Source: Octopus bimaculoides
Taxonomy: Eukaryota
DNA length: 38,342 nt
Assembly: GCF_001194135.2 (NCBI RefSeq)
Contig: NC_068986.1
Location: forward strand, 15,208,593 to 15,246,934
Direction of reading: 5' to 3'
This document shows positions 23,654-35,335 of the stretch, piece after piece (the first letter of the stretch is position 1; each line of letters starts with the position of its first letter). The notes under the pieces are model-generated. The model was not told where the DNA came from, made no database searches, and was given only the letters and a program-made list of their open reading frames with translations. The translations under genes were made by a program, and so were the position numbers.

Positions 23654-23682
<29 letters not shown>
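23619..23682. repeat. (CATA)n microsatellite
   Basis: Seen directly. Confidence 0.95.
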
Positions 23683-23684
<2 letters not shown>

Positions 23685-25554
23685 TTAATGAAATCAATGA
23701 ACACTAGAAGGAAGAAAACAGAAGAGGGTTAAATTGTAAGAAATATATTAATTTAACAAATGTATTGATTTAAGAAAAAGATTCTTGACGTTTCATTCAC
23801 ATATTCTTCACCAGAAGAAAAATATGGCAGATATTTAATTAAGGAGCGCGAAAGAGAAAAGGCGGTTGGAAAAAAAGTGTGAGAAATATATATCTATAAA
23901 GGAAGAGAAGGAGAGAAATTATGAAAAACAAAAGAGAAAGAAGGGAAAGAATAAGATAAATGAAAAACAGATGGTCGTAGGATATTGGGTTGCAATGCAA
24001 GCAGTAGTGAAACAAAAAAGAACGTCCGCATCAGTATATTATAAACGCCATGAACAAAATAGAACTACGTGAACGAAGGATGGAGAGTTTTAACTAATGT
24101 ATTAGTTTAACGCTCAAAAAGAAAGGAAAAGTATCTAAACGACGTCTCCAGTATGAGAGACTACAATTCTAAAAATCAATATGAGAAAAGTTTTCAATGC
24201 AGATAAATATAAAAATACAAATAATAACTAGACAGACTGAATAAATGAATACACAAACACACACCACACATTTATATACATACATACGTACATGAATACA
24301 CACACATATACACGNNNNNNNNNNNNNNNNNNNNNNNNNNNNNNNNNNNNNNNNNNNNNNNNNNNNNNNNNNNNNNNNNNNNNNNNNNNNNNNNNNNNNN
24401 NNNNNNNNNNNNNNNNNNNNNNNNNNNNNNNNNNNNNNNNNNNNNNNNNNNNNNNNNNNNNNNNNNNNNNNNNNNNNNNNNNNNNNNNNNNNNNNNNNNN
24501 NNNNNNNNNNNNNNNNNNNNNNNNNNNNNNNNNNNNNNNNNNNNNNNNNNNNNNNNNNNNNNNNNNNNNNNNNNNNNNNNNNNNNNNNNNNNNNNNNNNN
24601 NNNNNNNNNNNNNNNNNNNNNNNNNNNNNNNNNNNNNNNNNNNNNNCAAAATATATTTTCCAATGAATATATTTAATATATTCTGAATAAATGAATGAAT
24701 GAATGACTGAACGAATGAATGAATAAATATATAAATAAATAAATAACTATTCATAATATAAATATTACATAAATTGTAAAAAATAAACGAACTGACAAAT
24801 TATATGTTTTCTATATTAAACAATATCCGAAACTTTGAAAAAAACTATCGGCCATGTTATTCAGTGTATTGTAAACATTATTTCTTTTTTACTCAAAATT
24901 AATAATGATAATTTTTATTATTGGACCTAAGGGGGCCTAATATGTAGAGAGAGGGAGATAGAGGTGGAGGAAAGAGTAAAGGGATGGAATACAAGGACAG
25001 CAGTGGGTAAGGTCGCATAAAAGAGCCTCTATCAACAAAAATGTTAGATGGCGAAAAATATGTGCTGTGTTAAGTTTTGGGCGTGCTGGAGAGTTTTGCG
25101 CGGGGTCTTTTCAGATTGTGAAACTCAGTGAAAATGTAAGTGTTTTGCTACCTGGTGTCACTTTTATAAATACTCTAGGGATCAGTGCATTGGTTTGCCT
25201 GCAGGTGTTACGGATCTAGCAACACAGTTCTGATCTATGTATGCTCTCATTCGCGGTCAATAATATCTATAATATAGATCGCAGAACATTGATTTTCCGG
25301 AGGCTGGTGGCTCTAAAGCTGTTCAGACGGCTCTGCAATATCTGTTGGAATCATTTCAAATCAGTTATTGCACCGCACATAGTTAGAGTTACTTTGAGTA
25401 ACAAAAATGATCCCCTCCTCATAGAGTAATTCTCTCTGGAAACTTACGACTCTTGAAAAGAACGTATCACCTTAGTTCACTCGAAGCGAACCGCTTATAC
25501 ATTAGTGACGCCGCCAGCAACAAGTTGTATGAGATGAATATGATAATAATAATT

Positions 25555-25639
25555 ATTTTAAATTTTGGCAAGAGGGCAGTATTTCTATGAGACGCGGGTG
25601 GGGTGGGTGGCATTCGATTACGTCGACCCCAGTGCTCAA
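25555..25639 (-). mobile_element. SINE family C 3' part, running into a gap
   Basis: TTTTGGCAAGAGGGCAG..TCGATTACGTCGACCCCAGTGCTCAA. Confidence 0.65.
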
Positions 25640-26133
25640 NNNNNNNNNNNNNNNNNNNNNNNNNNNNNNNNNNNNNNNNNNNNNNNNNNNNNNNNNNNNN
25701 NNNNNNNNNNNNNNNNNNNNNNNNNNNNNNNNNNNNNNNNNNNNNNNNNNNNNNNNNNNNNNNNNNNNNNNNNNNNNNNNNNNNNNNNNNNNNNNNNNNN
25801 NNNNNNNNNNNNNNNNNNNNNNNNNNNNNNNNNNNNNNNNNNNNNNNNNNNNNNNNNNNNNNNNNNNNNNNNNNNNNNNNNNNNNNNNNNNNNNNNNNNN
25901 NNNNNNNNNNNNNNNNNNNNNNNNNNNNNNNNNNNNNNNNNNNNNNNNNNNNNNNNNNNNNNNNNNNNNNNNNNNNNNNNNNNNNNNNNNNNNNNNNNNN
26001 NNNNNNNNNNNNNNNNNNNNNNNNNNNNNNNNNNNNNNNNNNNNNNNNNNNNNNNNNNNNNNNNNNNNNNNNNNNNNNNNNNNNNNNNNNNNNNNNNNNN
26101 NNNNNNNNNNNNNNNNNNNNNNNNNNNNNNNNN

Positions 26134-26146
26134 ATAATAATAATAA

Positions 26147-26177
<31 letters not shown>

Positions 26178-26205
26178 AAGAAGAAGAAGGATGATGATGA
26201 TGATG

Positions 26206-26288
<83 letters not shown>

Positions 26289-26316
26289 AAGAAGAAGAAG
26301 AAGAAGAAGAAGAAGA
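26134..26316. repeat. Compound (AAT)(AAG)(GAT)(AAT)(AAG) trinucleotide array
   Basis: Seen directly. Confidence 0.95.
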
Positions 26317-26549
26317 ATTTCTTCATTCATGATATTAGTAACAGTAATATTCACTGGAAAGACAAACACAAAACACTACAACAACAACCACAACAAAATC
26401 AATTACAAAATAAGACGAAGGAGACTAGGAATCACTCTAAGAGATCTTAAGAGAAAATGAAGAAAACAGAGGAAACCCACAAAGAACAATATCGATTTCT
26501 TAGATTGGCGTTAAGCCATCACTTTGTGAAGAGTGTCACATTCGATTAA

Positions 26550-27060
26550 CCTCACTGCTGTATATTACTGCTATTTAATTTATCGATTGCGGCGAGTCAG
26601 GCGGAGAAAGAAAAGTCGACGCCATCGGGATTTGAGATCAGAATGTAAAAAATGGTCAACGATATAACTGTAACACAACCAAATTGTTTCGTTTTATTCT
26701 TACTTGTTGATTTCAATATTTGGCACGACGCCAGCAATTTCTAGGGAAGGGGTAAGTCGATTACATCGGCCCCTGGTGCTTATTTTAAAGGGACTGAAAG
26801 AACAAAAGGTAAAGTCGACCCCGTTGGCATTTGAACTCAGAACGTAAATTCGGAAGAAATGCGACTGAACATTTTATCCTGCACGATAAGGGTTCTGCCA
26901 GCTCCCCGTTTTTTTTTTTTTTTTGTTTTTGGTGACTGATAAACAATATTTAACAACTTACACAGGTACAGAACAGTAAATTTGAAAGAGTGAGAGAAAG
27001 TATCTCTTATCGATCTCCGTACTTGACTGCTACTTAACTACGTCCTTGATGAATAAACTA
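26550..27060 (-). mobile_element. Cluster of about three SINE family C copies or fragments
   Basis: The best unit is 26715-26905 (TTTGGCACGACGCCAGC..AAAGTCGACCCCGTTGGCATTTGAACTCAGAACGTAA..TCTGCCAGCTC), with partial units on either side. Confidence 0.7.
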
Positions 27061-27269
27061 AGTATATTTCGGCTTAATTGACTGCTAGGACTCATCATTG
27101 ACACAGTCCATTAAAGCTGATAGGCATCTGGTGTTCTCGCTAACCATTGCCGGAACGATTTTTCAACGCCTTCAGATATTACAGTTCTATATTTAAGAGA
27201 TGAGGAATTATGTATGTTATTTACATTACTTTTTTCATTTGACGGATATTTCTCATCTTGTTTGTTGTT

Positions 27270-27315
27270 AACACAACGTTTCGGCTGATATAAAATCCAG
27301 CCTTCATCGAGTGTC
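27270..27315 (-). ncRNA. Degenerate minimal type-I hammerhead ribozyme motif
   Basis: Minus strand: GACAC | TCGATGA A | GGCTG-loop-CAGCC | GAAA CGTT | GTGTT. Stems I and II pair and helix III is the loopless palindrome ACGU. The core has UC in place of CU. Confidence 0.6.
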
Positions 27316-27391
27316 TTCGGGAAATTTGGAACCTGGGTTCTCATTCTTAAGGTATTTTTCGATGTTGCTGTTGTTGTTGTTATTATTATTA

Positions 27392-27440
<49 letters not shown>

Positions 27441-27505
27441 CATTATTATTATAGCAACATCGAAAATACCTTAGGAATGAGAGGCTAGGTTCGAAATTTC
27501 CCCAA

Positions 27506-27551
27506 GACTCTAGATGAATGCTGGAGGGTATATCAGATGAAACATTATGTT
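27506..27551 (+). ncRNA. More decayed hammerhead motif in the second arm
   Basis: GACTC | TAGATGA A | TGCTG-loop-CAGAT | GAAA CATT | ATGTT aligns position by position with the minus-strand copy. Confidence 0.4.
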
Positions 27552-27598
27552 AACAACAAACAAGATGAGAACAAATATCCGTTAAATGTAAATAATGT

Positions 27599-27600
27599 AA

Positions 27601-27668
<68 letters not shown>
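27599..27668. repeat. (TTA)n microsatellite at the 3' end of the second R4/Dong copy
   Basis: Seen directly. Confidence 0.95.
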
Positions 27669-27672
<4 letters not shown>

Positions 27673-28975
27673 TAGTTTTACTTTTTATAACGTGCTTTCA
27701 CTTCACTACCGAGCGCAGCTCTGTGTGCCTTGGGTATGTGCTGTGATTTGTTGTGATGCTCTTATGGCTACTGTATTGAAAGTGTTTTGCGTAGGATGAG
27801 TGCAGTGCCCAGTAGTGCAATTTTCTGTATGTTATACATATTTGTAAGTCTTCGTGTTTCTGTTATCTATTTGTCTGAATATGTTTTTATCATACCTAAT
27901 GCGCCTATGATAGGAAATGCGTCTGGTTTTAGATTCCACATTCGAGTTACCTTTATTTCCAGTTCTTTGTATTTTGAAAGTTTCTCGATTTCTTTCAGAG
28001 AAACGTTGTCATTTGCTGGTATTGAAACATCAATTAGAAAGCATTTTTATCCTTCATGATATCTGAGAACTATTTTTGGCCTATTTCCTTAATTTCTCTA
28101 TCTGTGTGTATTGGCATATCCCNNNNNNNNNNNNNNNNNNNNNNNNNNNNNNNNNNNNNNNNNNNNNNNNNNNNNNNNNNNNNNNNNNNNNNNNNNNNNN
28201 NNNNNNNNNNNNNNNNNNNNNNNNNNNNNNNNNNNNNNNNNNNNNNNNNNNNNNNNNNNNNNNNNNNNNNNNNNNNNNNNNNNNNNNNNNNNNNNNNNNN
28301 NNNNNNNNNNNNNNNNNNNNNNNNNNNNNNNNNNNNNNNNNNNNNNNNNNNNNNNNNNNNNNNNNNNNNNNNNNNNNNNNNNNNNNNNNNNNNNNNNNNN
28401 NNNNNNNNNNNNNNNNNNNNNNNNNNNNNNNNNNNNNNNNNNNNNNNNNNNNNNNNNNNNNNNNNNNNNNNNNNNNNNNNNNNNNNNNNNNNNNNNNNNN
28501 NNNNNNNNNNNNNNNNNNNNNNNNNNNNNNNNNNNNNNNNNNNNNNNNNNNNNNNNNNNNNNNNNNNNNNNNNNNNNNNNNNNNNNNNNNNNNNNNNNNN
28601 NNNNNNNNNNNNNNNNNNNNNNNNNNNNNNNNNNNNNNNNNNNNNNNNNNNNNNNNNNNNNNNNNNNNNNNNNNNNNNNNNNNNNNNNNNNNNATGTCAT
28701 TTAGCTCCGTGATTCTGACATGTGTTTCTGTAGCTATTAGTTCCGTGACGGCCAGGTTCATGCTATTTATTATTAGTGTTGTTTTATTGTCTATTTTGAT
28801 TTTTGGGAGGTATAATCGGTGGGCCATTCTGAAATCTGTGGTTTTCAGTTCTTTGATTATTCTCTTTTTCATAGTATCAAGATTTCGAGTAAACCGAGGT
28901 TGTGGTAAAAAATACTTGCTGAAGGCCCTATAGTTGCTGATTGAAATTGCGACCGCAAGATTACTAACCCAGTAT
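27669..28975 (-). mobile_element. R4/Dong-clade non-LTR retrotransposon, degenerate and spanning a gap
   Basis: Minus strand, across frameshifts: WDMPIHTDREIK..NRP.IV..KCFLIDVSIPANDNVSLKEIEKLSKYKELEIKVTRMW..IGALGMIK..IQKIALLGTALILRKTLSIQ*, followed by a 3'UTR matching 8905-9000. The segment beyond the gap (LPKIKIDNKT..ITELND) resembles the pre-RT region, with lower certainty. Confidence 0.85.
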
Positions 28976-29869
28976 CATAACCAGCCAGCCATGCCTGCCT
29001 CTATAAGAGGGATATAATCGATGAAATCATCTACTTGATTGAAACTTGACTCTAACCATTTGCCAACGCATTTCTATAAATTTGTTCTAAACATCCATGT
29101 TTTTTTTCTTCAGACTTGTAGGTAGATTTTGTTTCATACATACTCAGTGATAGAAAGCTTTTCCTTTCATAAGACCCAATTTACTCCGTAGTTGAAAAGA
29201 ACTGAGACTGTGTATCATACGCGATTCATGGACACAGTTGACGCAAAGGGTTAAGATCCTTTTAGGACGAGCTGGCGTTTAAAACGCTTTTCAAGTCGAT
29301 AAGATCACTACCAGATATATACTAAGATCACTACCAGTCTTCTATACTCACCCTAAACGGGTAAAACGTTGTATCCGCATCAGAGATTACTATAAGTATA
29401 TACAGAAAGAATTAAATATATATATTCGAATATGGAACGGTTTTATATAGAACATTGTGATTGTGTGTTTTTAAATATGGAGGTTTCCAATATATTAGCG
29501 ATATTACGAACAAAAAATAACGTTTTAAATATATATATGTCATAAGTTGGAAATAAATAAATGCTGATAATATTAATATTTTAGGAAGACAATTAAGAAA
29601 AATATCAGTAAATTGTATTCATATGCTAACGTTGAAATATGAGAGAAAAAAAAATTATCCGATATTTTGACACGGTAGAGGACAGTTACTATCAGTTTGT
29701 AAAAATGATAACAAAAACACAGACTGCTAAAAGAACTGTATGATTATTAACAATGAGTAAAATTACAAAACGAAATATAAAATGAACGGAAAGAATATTG
29801 GAATATTAGAATATAAGAATATTGACAGGAAATGAGACAAGAAAATCATTGAGAAGAATGTTACGCAAC

Positions 29870-30023
29870 CACGCTTGGCTGTGCGGTAAGAAGTTTGTTT
29901 CCCAGCCACGTCGTTCTAGGTACAGTCTTACTGCATGGCACGTTCGGTCTTTTTTACTGTACTACTGTGTCGACCAAAGCCTTAAGAGAAGATTTGGTAG
30001 AAGGAAACCAAAAGAAGCCCGTC
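29870..30023 (+). mobile_element. SINE family B 5' half
   Basis: TGGCTGTGCGGTAAGAAG..GACCAAAGCCTT..GATTTGGTAGAAGGAAACC..GAAGCCCGTC, then (TA)n and a gap. Confidence 0.8.
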
Positions 30024-30477
30024 AATATATATATAAATATATATNNNNNNNNNNNNNNNNNNNNNNNNNNNNNNNNNNNNNNNNNNNNNNNNNNNNNNNN
30101 NNNNNNNNNNNNNNNNNNNNNNNNNNNNNNNNNNNNNNNNNNNNNNNNNNNNNNNNNNNNNNNNNNNNNNNNNNNNNNNNNNNNNNNNNNNNNNNNNNNN
30201 NNNNNNNNNNNNNNNNNNNNNNNNNNNNNNNNNNNNNNNNNNNNNNNNNNNNNNNNNNNNNNNNNNNNNNNNNNNNNNNNNNNNNNNNNNNNNNNNNNNN
30301 NNNNNNNNNNNNNNNNNNNNNNNNNNNNNNNNNNNNNNNNNNNNNNNNNNNNNNNNNNNNNNNNNNNNNNNNNNNNNNNNNNNNNNNNNNNNNNNNNNNN
30401 NNNNNNNNNNNNNNNNNNNNNNNNNNNNNNNNNNNNNNNNNNNNNNNNNNNNNTAAAATAACAAAACGAAATATAGT

Positions 30478-30611
30478 GTTGTTTCCTAATCACATGGTTC
30501 CGGGTGGAATCCTACTACGTGGCGCTTTGTGTACAGGTCGTCTACTATATCTTCGAGGCATTAAAGACTTGTGAGTGTATTTGGCTGACAAAAATTCAAA
30601 CAAGAACGTCT

Positions 30612-30665
<54 letters not shown>
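30478..30665 (+). mobile_element. Degenerate SINE family B 5' half followed by (TG)n
   Basis: CACATGGTTCCGGGT..CTACTATA..GACTTGTGAGTG, then (TG)n at 30616-30665. Confidence 0.65.
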
Positions 30666-30668
<3 letters not shown>

Positions 30669-32230
30669 ATACATACCTACATACATGTAGTTAAGAAACT
30701 TGTTTGCAGCTACGCAATTCTGAGTTCTGTCCCACTGTTATAGCAGTAACAGCGGCAGTATTCATTTTAACTGCTATTACTATCTTAGTTTTACCAGCGC
30801 ATAGCGAACGGAGGTACAAAGTCAATATATTACTCTGTGAAGGATACTAAAAGACATCAGTCCTAATAAATCGTCATCTTTGATGACAAGACACAGGCGA
30901 CCACCGTTCACTATCAATAATGATATTTCTCCTCAACTAAAATCATCACCAACATTAACATCAACATTACCAATATTCCCATCATTATCACCATTGTTTA
31001 TCCAACTCTTTCCATTGTCACTTCCAGGATACGATTTTCAATGTTCCCCGCTGCTAAATGCAAACATGACTCCATAATCAAACACTTTCTACAGCTTGCA
31101 ACATTATATTCCCATAATCTTTCCCCAAACTATATCTCAAGCTCCAGAATGTTGATGCAGTGTACAGAATCCGTTCCCCGTCAACCCAAATGACATCACC
31201 TACCACGTCTCAGCTTATTGCTACAATCATCTTTAATAACATCAATACCAACTATCAGAGGCTACACAGCTTATGCATCACCTTAATAAAATATTATAGA
31301 ATTAACACTTACAGAACACTCACAATAAGCACACAAACGCACAAACTCACACACGAGAATGCTAAACATATACAAATACACAACGTCACACACGTGAACA
31401 GGAATAATTCTTCATTTTACCAATATCAATTCTTCATTTCGACACAATGACAAGAAAATTAATGTCAGAATGAATTGAGATTTTATGATATTCATGCCAC
31501 ATTTTTTTTTCACAGATTGTTAACATAATAGGATGGAATGGATTTTGGCTTCATCGGAAATCGAAAATCGCATCATAGAGGCGCCAGGCATCGCGGTAAA
31601 CTTACTTTCTGGTCTTGGTTAGTGGATGTAATACGTGGACGTTGTTGTGATTTTTATATCTAATTTTAAGATACTAAGGAAACCTTCGAAAGGTGGGGCG
31701 TCGAACAAAAATTAAATGTGTCTTTCTAGCGATATTCAATGATATGATGGTGGTTCGTTAGTAAGTTATGTGGGATGTGTGTATGATTGTGTAAATATGG
31801 ACAGACGCGTGTATAAGTTTTTAAGCGAATACACATACGTACATACATACACGCTCACACATATACACACAGACCACACATATAGGCAAATATTTGCAAG
31901 TTAATATTGAAGTGTGTATATATGAGAGTGTTATATATATGTGTGTGTGTGTATATATATATATGTTTATATATATATATATATATATATATATNNNNNN
32001 NNNNNNNNTATATGTATATATATAAAAGGTGAAGTATATTTGCCACTTAAATGTGGCTGACCCCTAAGGGTGGATGTTACTGTTGCTTTTAGCCCTAGGA
32101 GAACATCTCCTCCAGCTGGCTATCGACACACATCTGTGTCCTGTCTGTATTTGCAAAGGGAAGTCATCCTTCCCATCTTGATCTGCGATACGTACGGACT
32201 CGAGTTTCTGGGTATTTACCCATCCTACGC

Positions 32231-32429
32231 TCTGACAGTGTGTAGCAGTAGATGCAGAAAGAAGCACTCCTCTTGATTACGGTGCACAGTGTACACCCGC
32301 CCGATGGCCCGACTTCTGAAGACAACCCTCAATGCGCATTCTTTGCTTGCGTCTGTTCTATCTATTGTGTGCCCAGGTATAGTACACGGAGACCTCTGCA
32401 TACAACAGTGTTCGGACGAACAGATCACA
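32231..32429 (-). pseudogene. Helitron RepHel fragment
   Basis: Minus strand: DLFVRTLLYAEVSVYYTWAHNR*NRRKQ, then after a frameshift VFRSRAIGRVYTVHRNQEECFFLHLLLHTVR. This resembles the conserved Helitron motif F..TLLY.EVP.YYTW..RRKQG..IGRVYTVHPNQ.ECF.LRLLL between the Rep and helicase domains. Confidence 0.8.
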
Positions 32430-32430
32430 T

Positions 32431-32500
32431 TAGTTTCTCATGGATTCTCATGGATTCTCATGGATTCTCAAGGTTTCTCATGGTTTCTCATGGATTCCGA
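32431..32500. repeat. 10-bp minisatellite (TGGATTCTCA), about 7 units
   Basis: Seen directly; abuts the Helitron fragment. Confidence 0.9.
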
Positions 32501-32996
32501 TCTATGTTTCGATTATTGTCTTCTGTGAAATATACACGCTGCCCATTTTTAAGATGTACAGAAAGATTTTAAGAAGGTGTTCCGACATTTAAACAGGGTA
32601 TGACCTTTGTGTTGACAGTGCATTTGTCTAAAAGCAGAACAGTTCTTCATGCAGTACTTGTCAATTGGCTGAAATGACATGAAAGGCATTGCCATTCATG
32701 GTATATTCGTGAATAAGTTACTAACCGAAATAAGTTTAGGAAAATACTATTTACTTGTTTAAAGGTTGTACTGGATAAATTGCGAAAATAACTCTAACAG
32801 TTCAAATACTAAGAAATAAGCATACTCAATTTGATTTATACCAAATAATATAGGAAAATAAATGGGTTATTTCCCTTGGCAGTTAAAATAAAATATATTA
32901 GTTATATATAAGGATCCCTTCCAGGGGACCAATTAACTGTTTTTTCAATTATCTGTGTATGCCATGGGGTTTCCTGGCATGAATTCTCTTGTGATT

Positions 32997-33150
32997 GATG
33001 GAGGAATTTATCGTGATGATGGCTTAATTCTTTTGCAAAATACGAATGGGCAAAGCACTGATTCAAAATATAATATTTTATCTCACAACGAATCAGGTTT
33101 ACAAATTACTGTCGAAAACACCCATGCAAAAATAAATTTTTCCATCATAT
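32997..33150 (+). pseudogene. Penelope-like reverse transcriptase fragment
   Basis: GIYRDDGLILLQNTNGQSTD..ESGLQITVENTHAKINF resembles PLE RT GLYRDDGL..G..I.I.TN...VNFLD. An internal deletion appears likely. Confidence 0.6.
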
Positions 33151-34129
33151 ATAGGTATTAATATATTTGTTCTTCACCAAAAATTTAACGGTCATTTTAT
33201 ATCATCAAGGGTACTAATGATCCCACGATATTCTTCTCATTTTAGCATCCAATGTCAATAAAGTATCCCATATCTATCCCCTTACCTTTGAATAACGAAG
33301 TATTTAACCGCCATGAATGTTTAGATATGATAGGACAGAATATATACCCAAATGACTAACTCACAAGCATAGTAATAGACAGGGAAAAAATTTGTTTCAT
33401 ATTCAATTTCAACTTGCTTATACGAGAATATTTAGCCAAGGTGTTTCTCATTTTATTACCATTTTGTTTTAGTAGTGTATATCAATCTGAACGTTTTAAT
33501 AAAAACTACATTAACGTTTTTCACTTTTATAGCAGAAATTTCGTCATTTATGTCAAATCTATTTATACAAAGCATCTACCTAACAATGGTAAGGATATCA
33601 CCAAATGCGTTGTAATTATATGAACTCCTGAAACTGTACATTTCATCAAAATTGATTCACCATTCTTTTAGTATAATTTGCGAAAGTAGAATCGAGTAGT
33701 GGTTCTCAAATATAGTGGCTCTCACCAATTCGCATGAAATTCCGGTAAAAATAAAAGAAAGCATCAAACAGATAACGGAAACACCTATCAGTATGTCGGT
33801 ACTCTAACGGAGAGTTAAAAGGAAAAAAAAACCTAATAAATTATTTTCGAACAGAATGCCACAAATTTAGGAAAGGTGTATAGTCGATCATAATGAAACA
33901 TAAAAACATGGAAACCGTTAAGAACCAAAACCGCTGTTTCGTGATGTTAAATTACATGTGTTTTTTAAACAGAGACTTCTTTTCTCTTCTGTATTCAAAG
34001 AAGAATTAAAGAATAAGAAATAAAACAGGATTCGATATTTAATTGCGACTATTTAGATATATTCGATACGGAACTTGGTAACGACTTTTGAAATTCATAC
34101 CCAAATAGCTATAGGAACCATCGAAACGG

Positions 34130-34203
34130 TATGCATGTATGTATGTATGTATGTATGTATGTATGTATGTATGTATGTATGTATGTATGAATGTATGTAT
34201 GTA
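34130..34203. repeat. (TATG)n microsatellite abutting the transposon TIR
   Basis: Seen directly. Confidence 0.95.
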
Positions 34204-34205
34204 TA

Positions 34206-35335
34206 CAGGGTGTCCCCAAAATATGTATACACACTTTAGATAATTGTAAAGTAGGTGTTTATTAAAATACATTTCGTTTTCAAAATTTAATAGAATCTAC
34301 AGACATTGTTTTATTGTTTTGTCAGCAACTGTTTTCAAACTGACGTCCGTTCTGGTCCAAGTACTGCTGACAACGCAAAGCAATGTAAATCGCAAGCAAC
34401 ACGAAACGATCTCGTTTAGTATTTGTATGCATTCTCTTTCAATGACTGCTCTCAAATCAGCGACTGTTGCATGTTTCATAGCGTAGACTTTGTATTTTAG
34501 GTATCCCCATAAAAAAGTCTAGTGGTATGAGGTCTGGTGAACGCGGAGGGTATTCAAAGAAACCCCTTCGTCCAATCCACCTGTTTAGCAAGATCTCATT
34601 AAGGAAGGAGCTAACATCGCGATGGTAGTGTTGAGGTGCCCCATCTTGCTGAAAACAAAACTCCTCATTTTCAAATTCTTCTCTAGTGCTTGGCATGACT
34701 GACTGTTGCAGTTGCGTCCAATTAATCCTCTTGTTGATAAGCTACACCACACTGTAACTCCTGGTAAGTTAACATGGTATTCCATCATAACATGCAGATT
34801 CTAATGTTCCCATTAGTTGTAATTGTGGCGGTTAATCGAACCATTTAATTTGAATGTGGTCTCATCAATCCCCACAGTCTTTGTTCGAAAGTGAACATCT
34901 CCTACACATCGTGCCAAGTACCACTTGCAATACTGCACTCTTCGGTCTGGATCATTATCATTAGTAGTATGGACTAATGCTGGAACGTAACGTTTCCATT
35001 GACAACACTTCACAATGCGTTGGACAGGCGATTTTGAAATACCTACCTCATGACTCGTTTGCGGCACAGATTTTCTTGAAATTTGGTGACACGTTTCCAG
35101 CACTCCTTCTTGCTTTGTGGGTGTTATCGATGTTCGTGGTCTTCCGGAACGCTTCTCGTGAACATTCTGAACAGTTCCAACGGCTTTCAACTTATCTCTA
35201 ATTTGGGTGATGGTAAGTCACATTGGTGGATCTGTTTGAAACTCCTCCATAAATTGTCTTTGTACTTCAACTGTCTTTTCCTACTTTCAGTAGCATTTTA
35301 GAATGAATTTCCTTTGTTCAAAGCTTAGTCTAAAC
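34206..35335 (-). pseudogene. Tc1/mariner transposon, DD41D (rosa/Visitor-like) transposase pseudogene retaining its 3' TIR
   Basis: RLSFEQRKFILKCY..VEVQRQF..DPP..ITQIRDK (N-terminal HTH), [32 protein letters not shown], and FQQDGAP..WIGRRG..PPRSPDLIPLDFF, with 41 residues between the second and third Asp. Stops and frameshifts are present. TIR TA|CAGGGTGTCCCCAAAA at 34204; the other TIR was not found. Confidence 0.9.

Larger units (their letters stand above)
27219..27602. mobile_element. Inverted pair of about 150-bp Penelope-type repeats around a (TTG)(TTA)n spacer
   Basis: 27219-27369 is the reverse complement of 27453-27602 (AGCAACATCGAAAA..ACC..GAATGAGA..AAATTTCCC..GTTAACAACAAACAAGATGAG..AATATCCGT). 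The Penelope assignment is inferred from the embedded hammerhead motif. Confidence 0.8.

Noticed and set aside
32431-32500. Short regular repeat array considered as CRISPR-like
   Set aside because: Contiguous 10-bp units with no spacers, no cas genes and a eukaryotic context.
33695-33712. TAGTGGTTCTCAAA, similar to a hAT/Charlie TIR
   Set aside because: The first base mismatches, and no partner TIR or 8-bp TSD was found.
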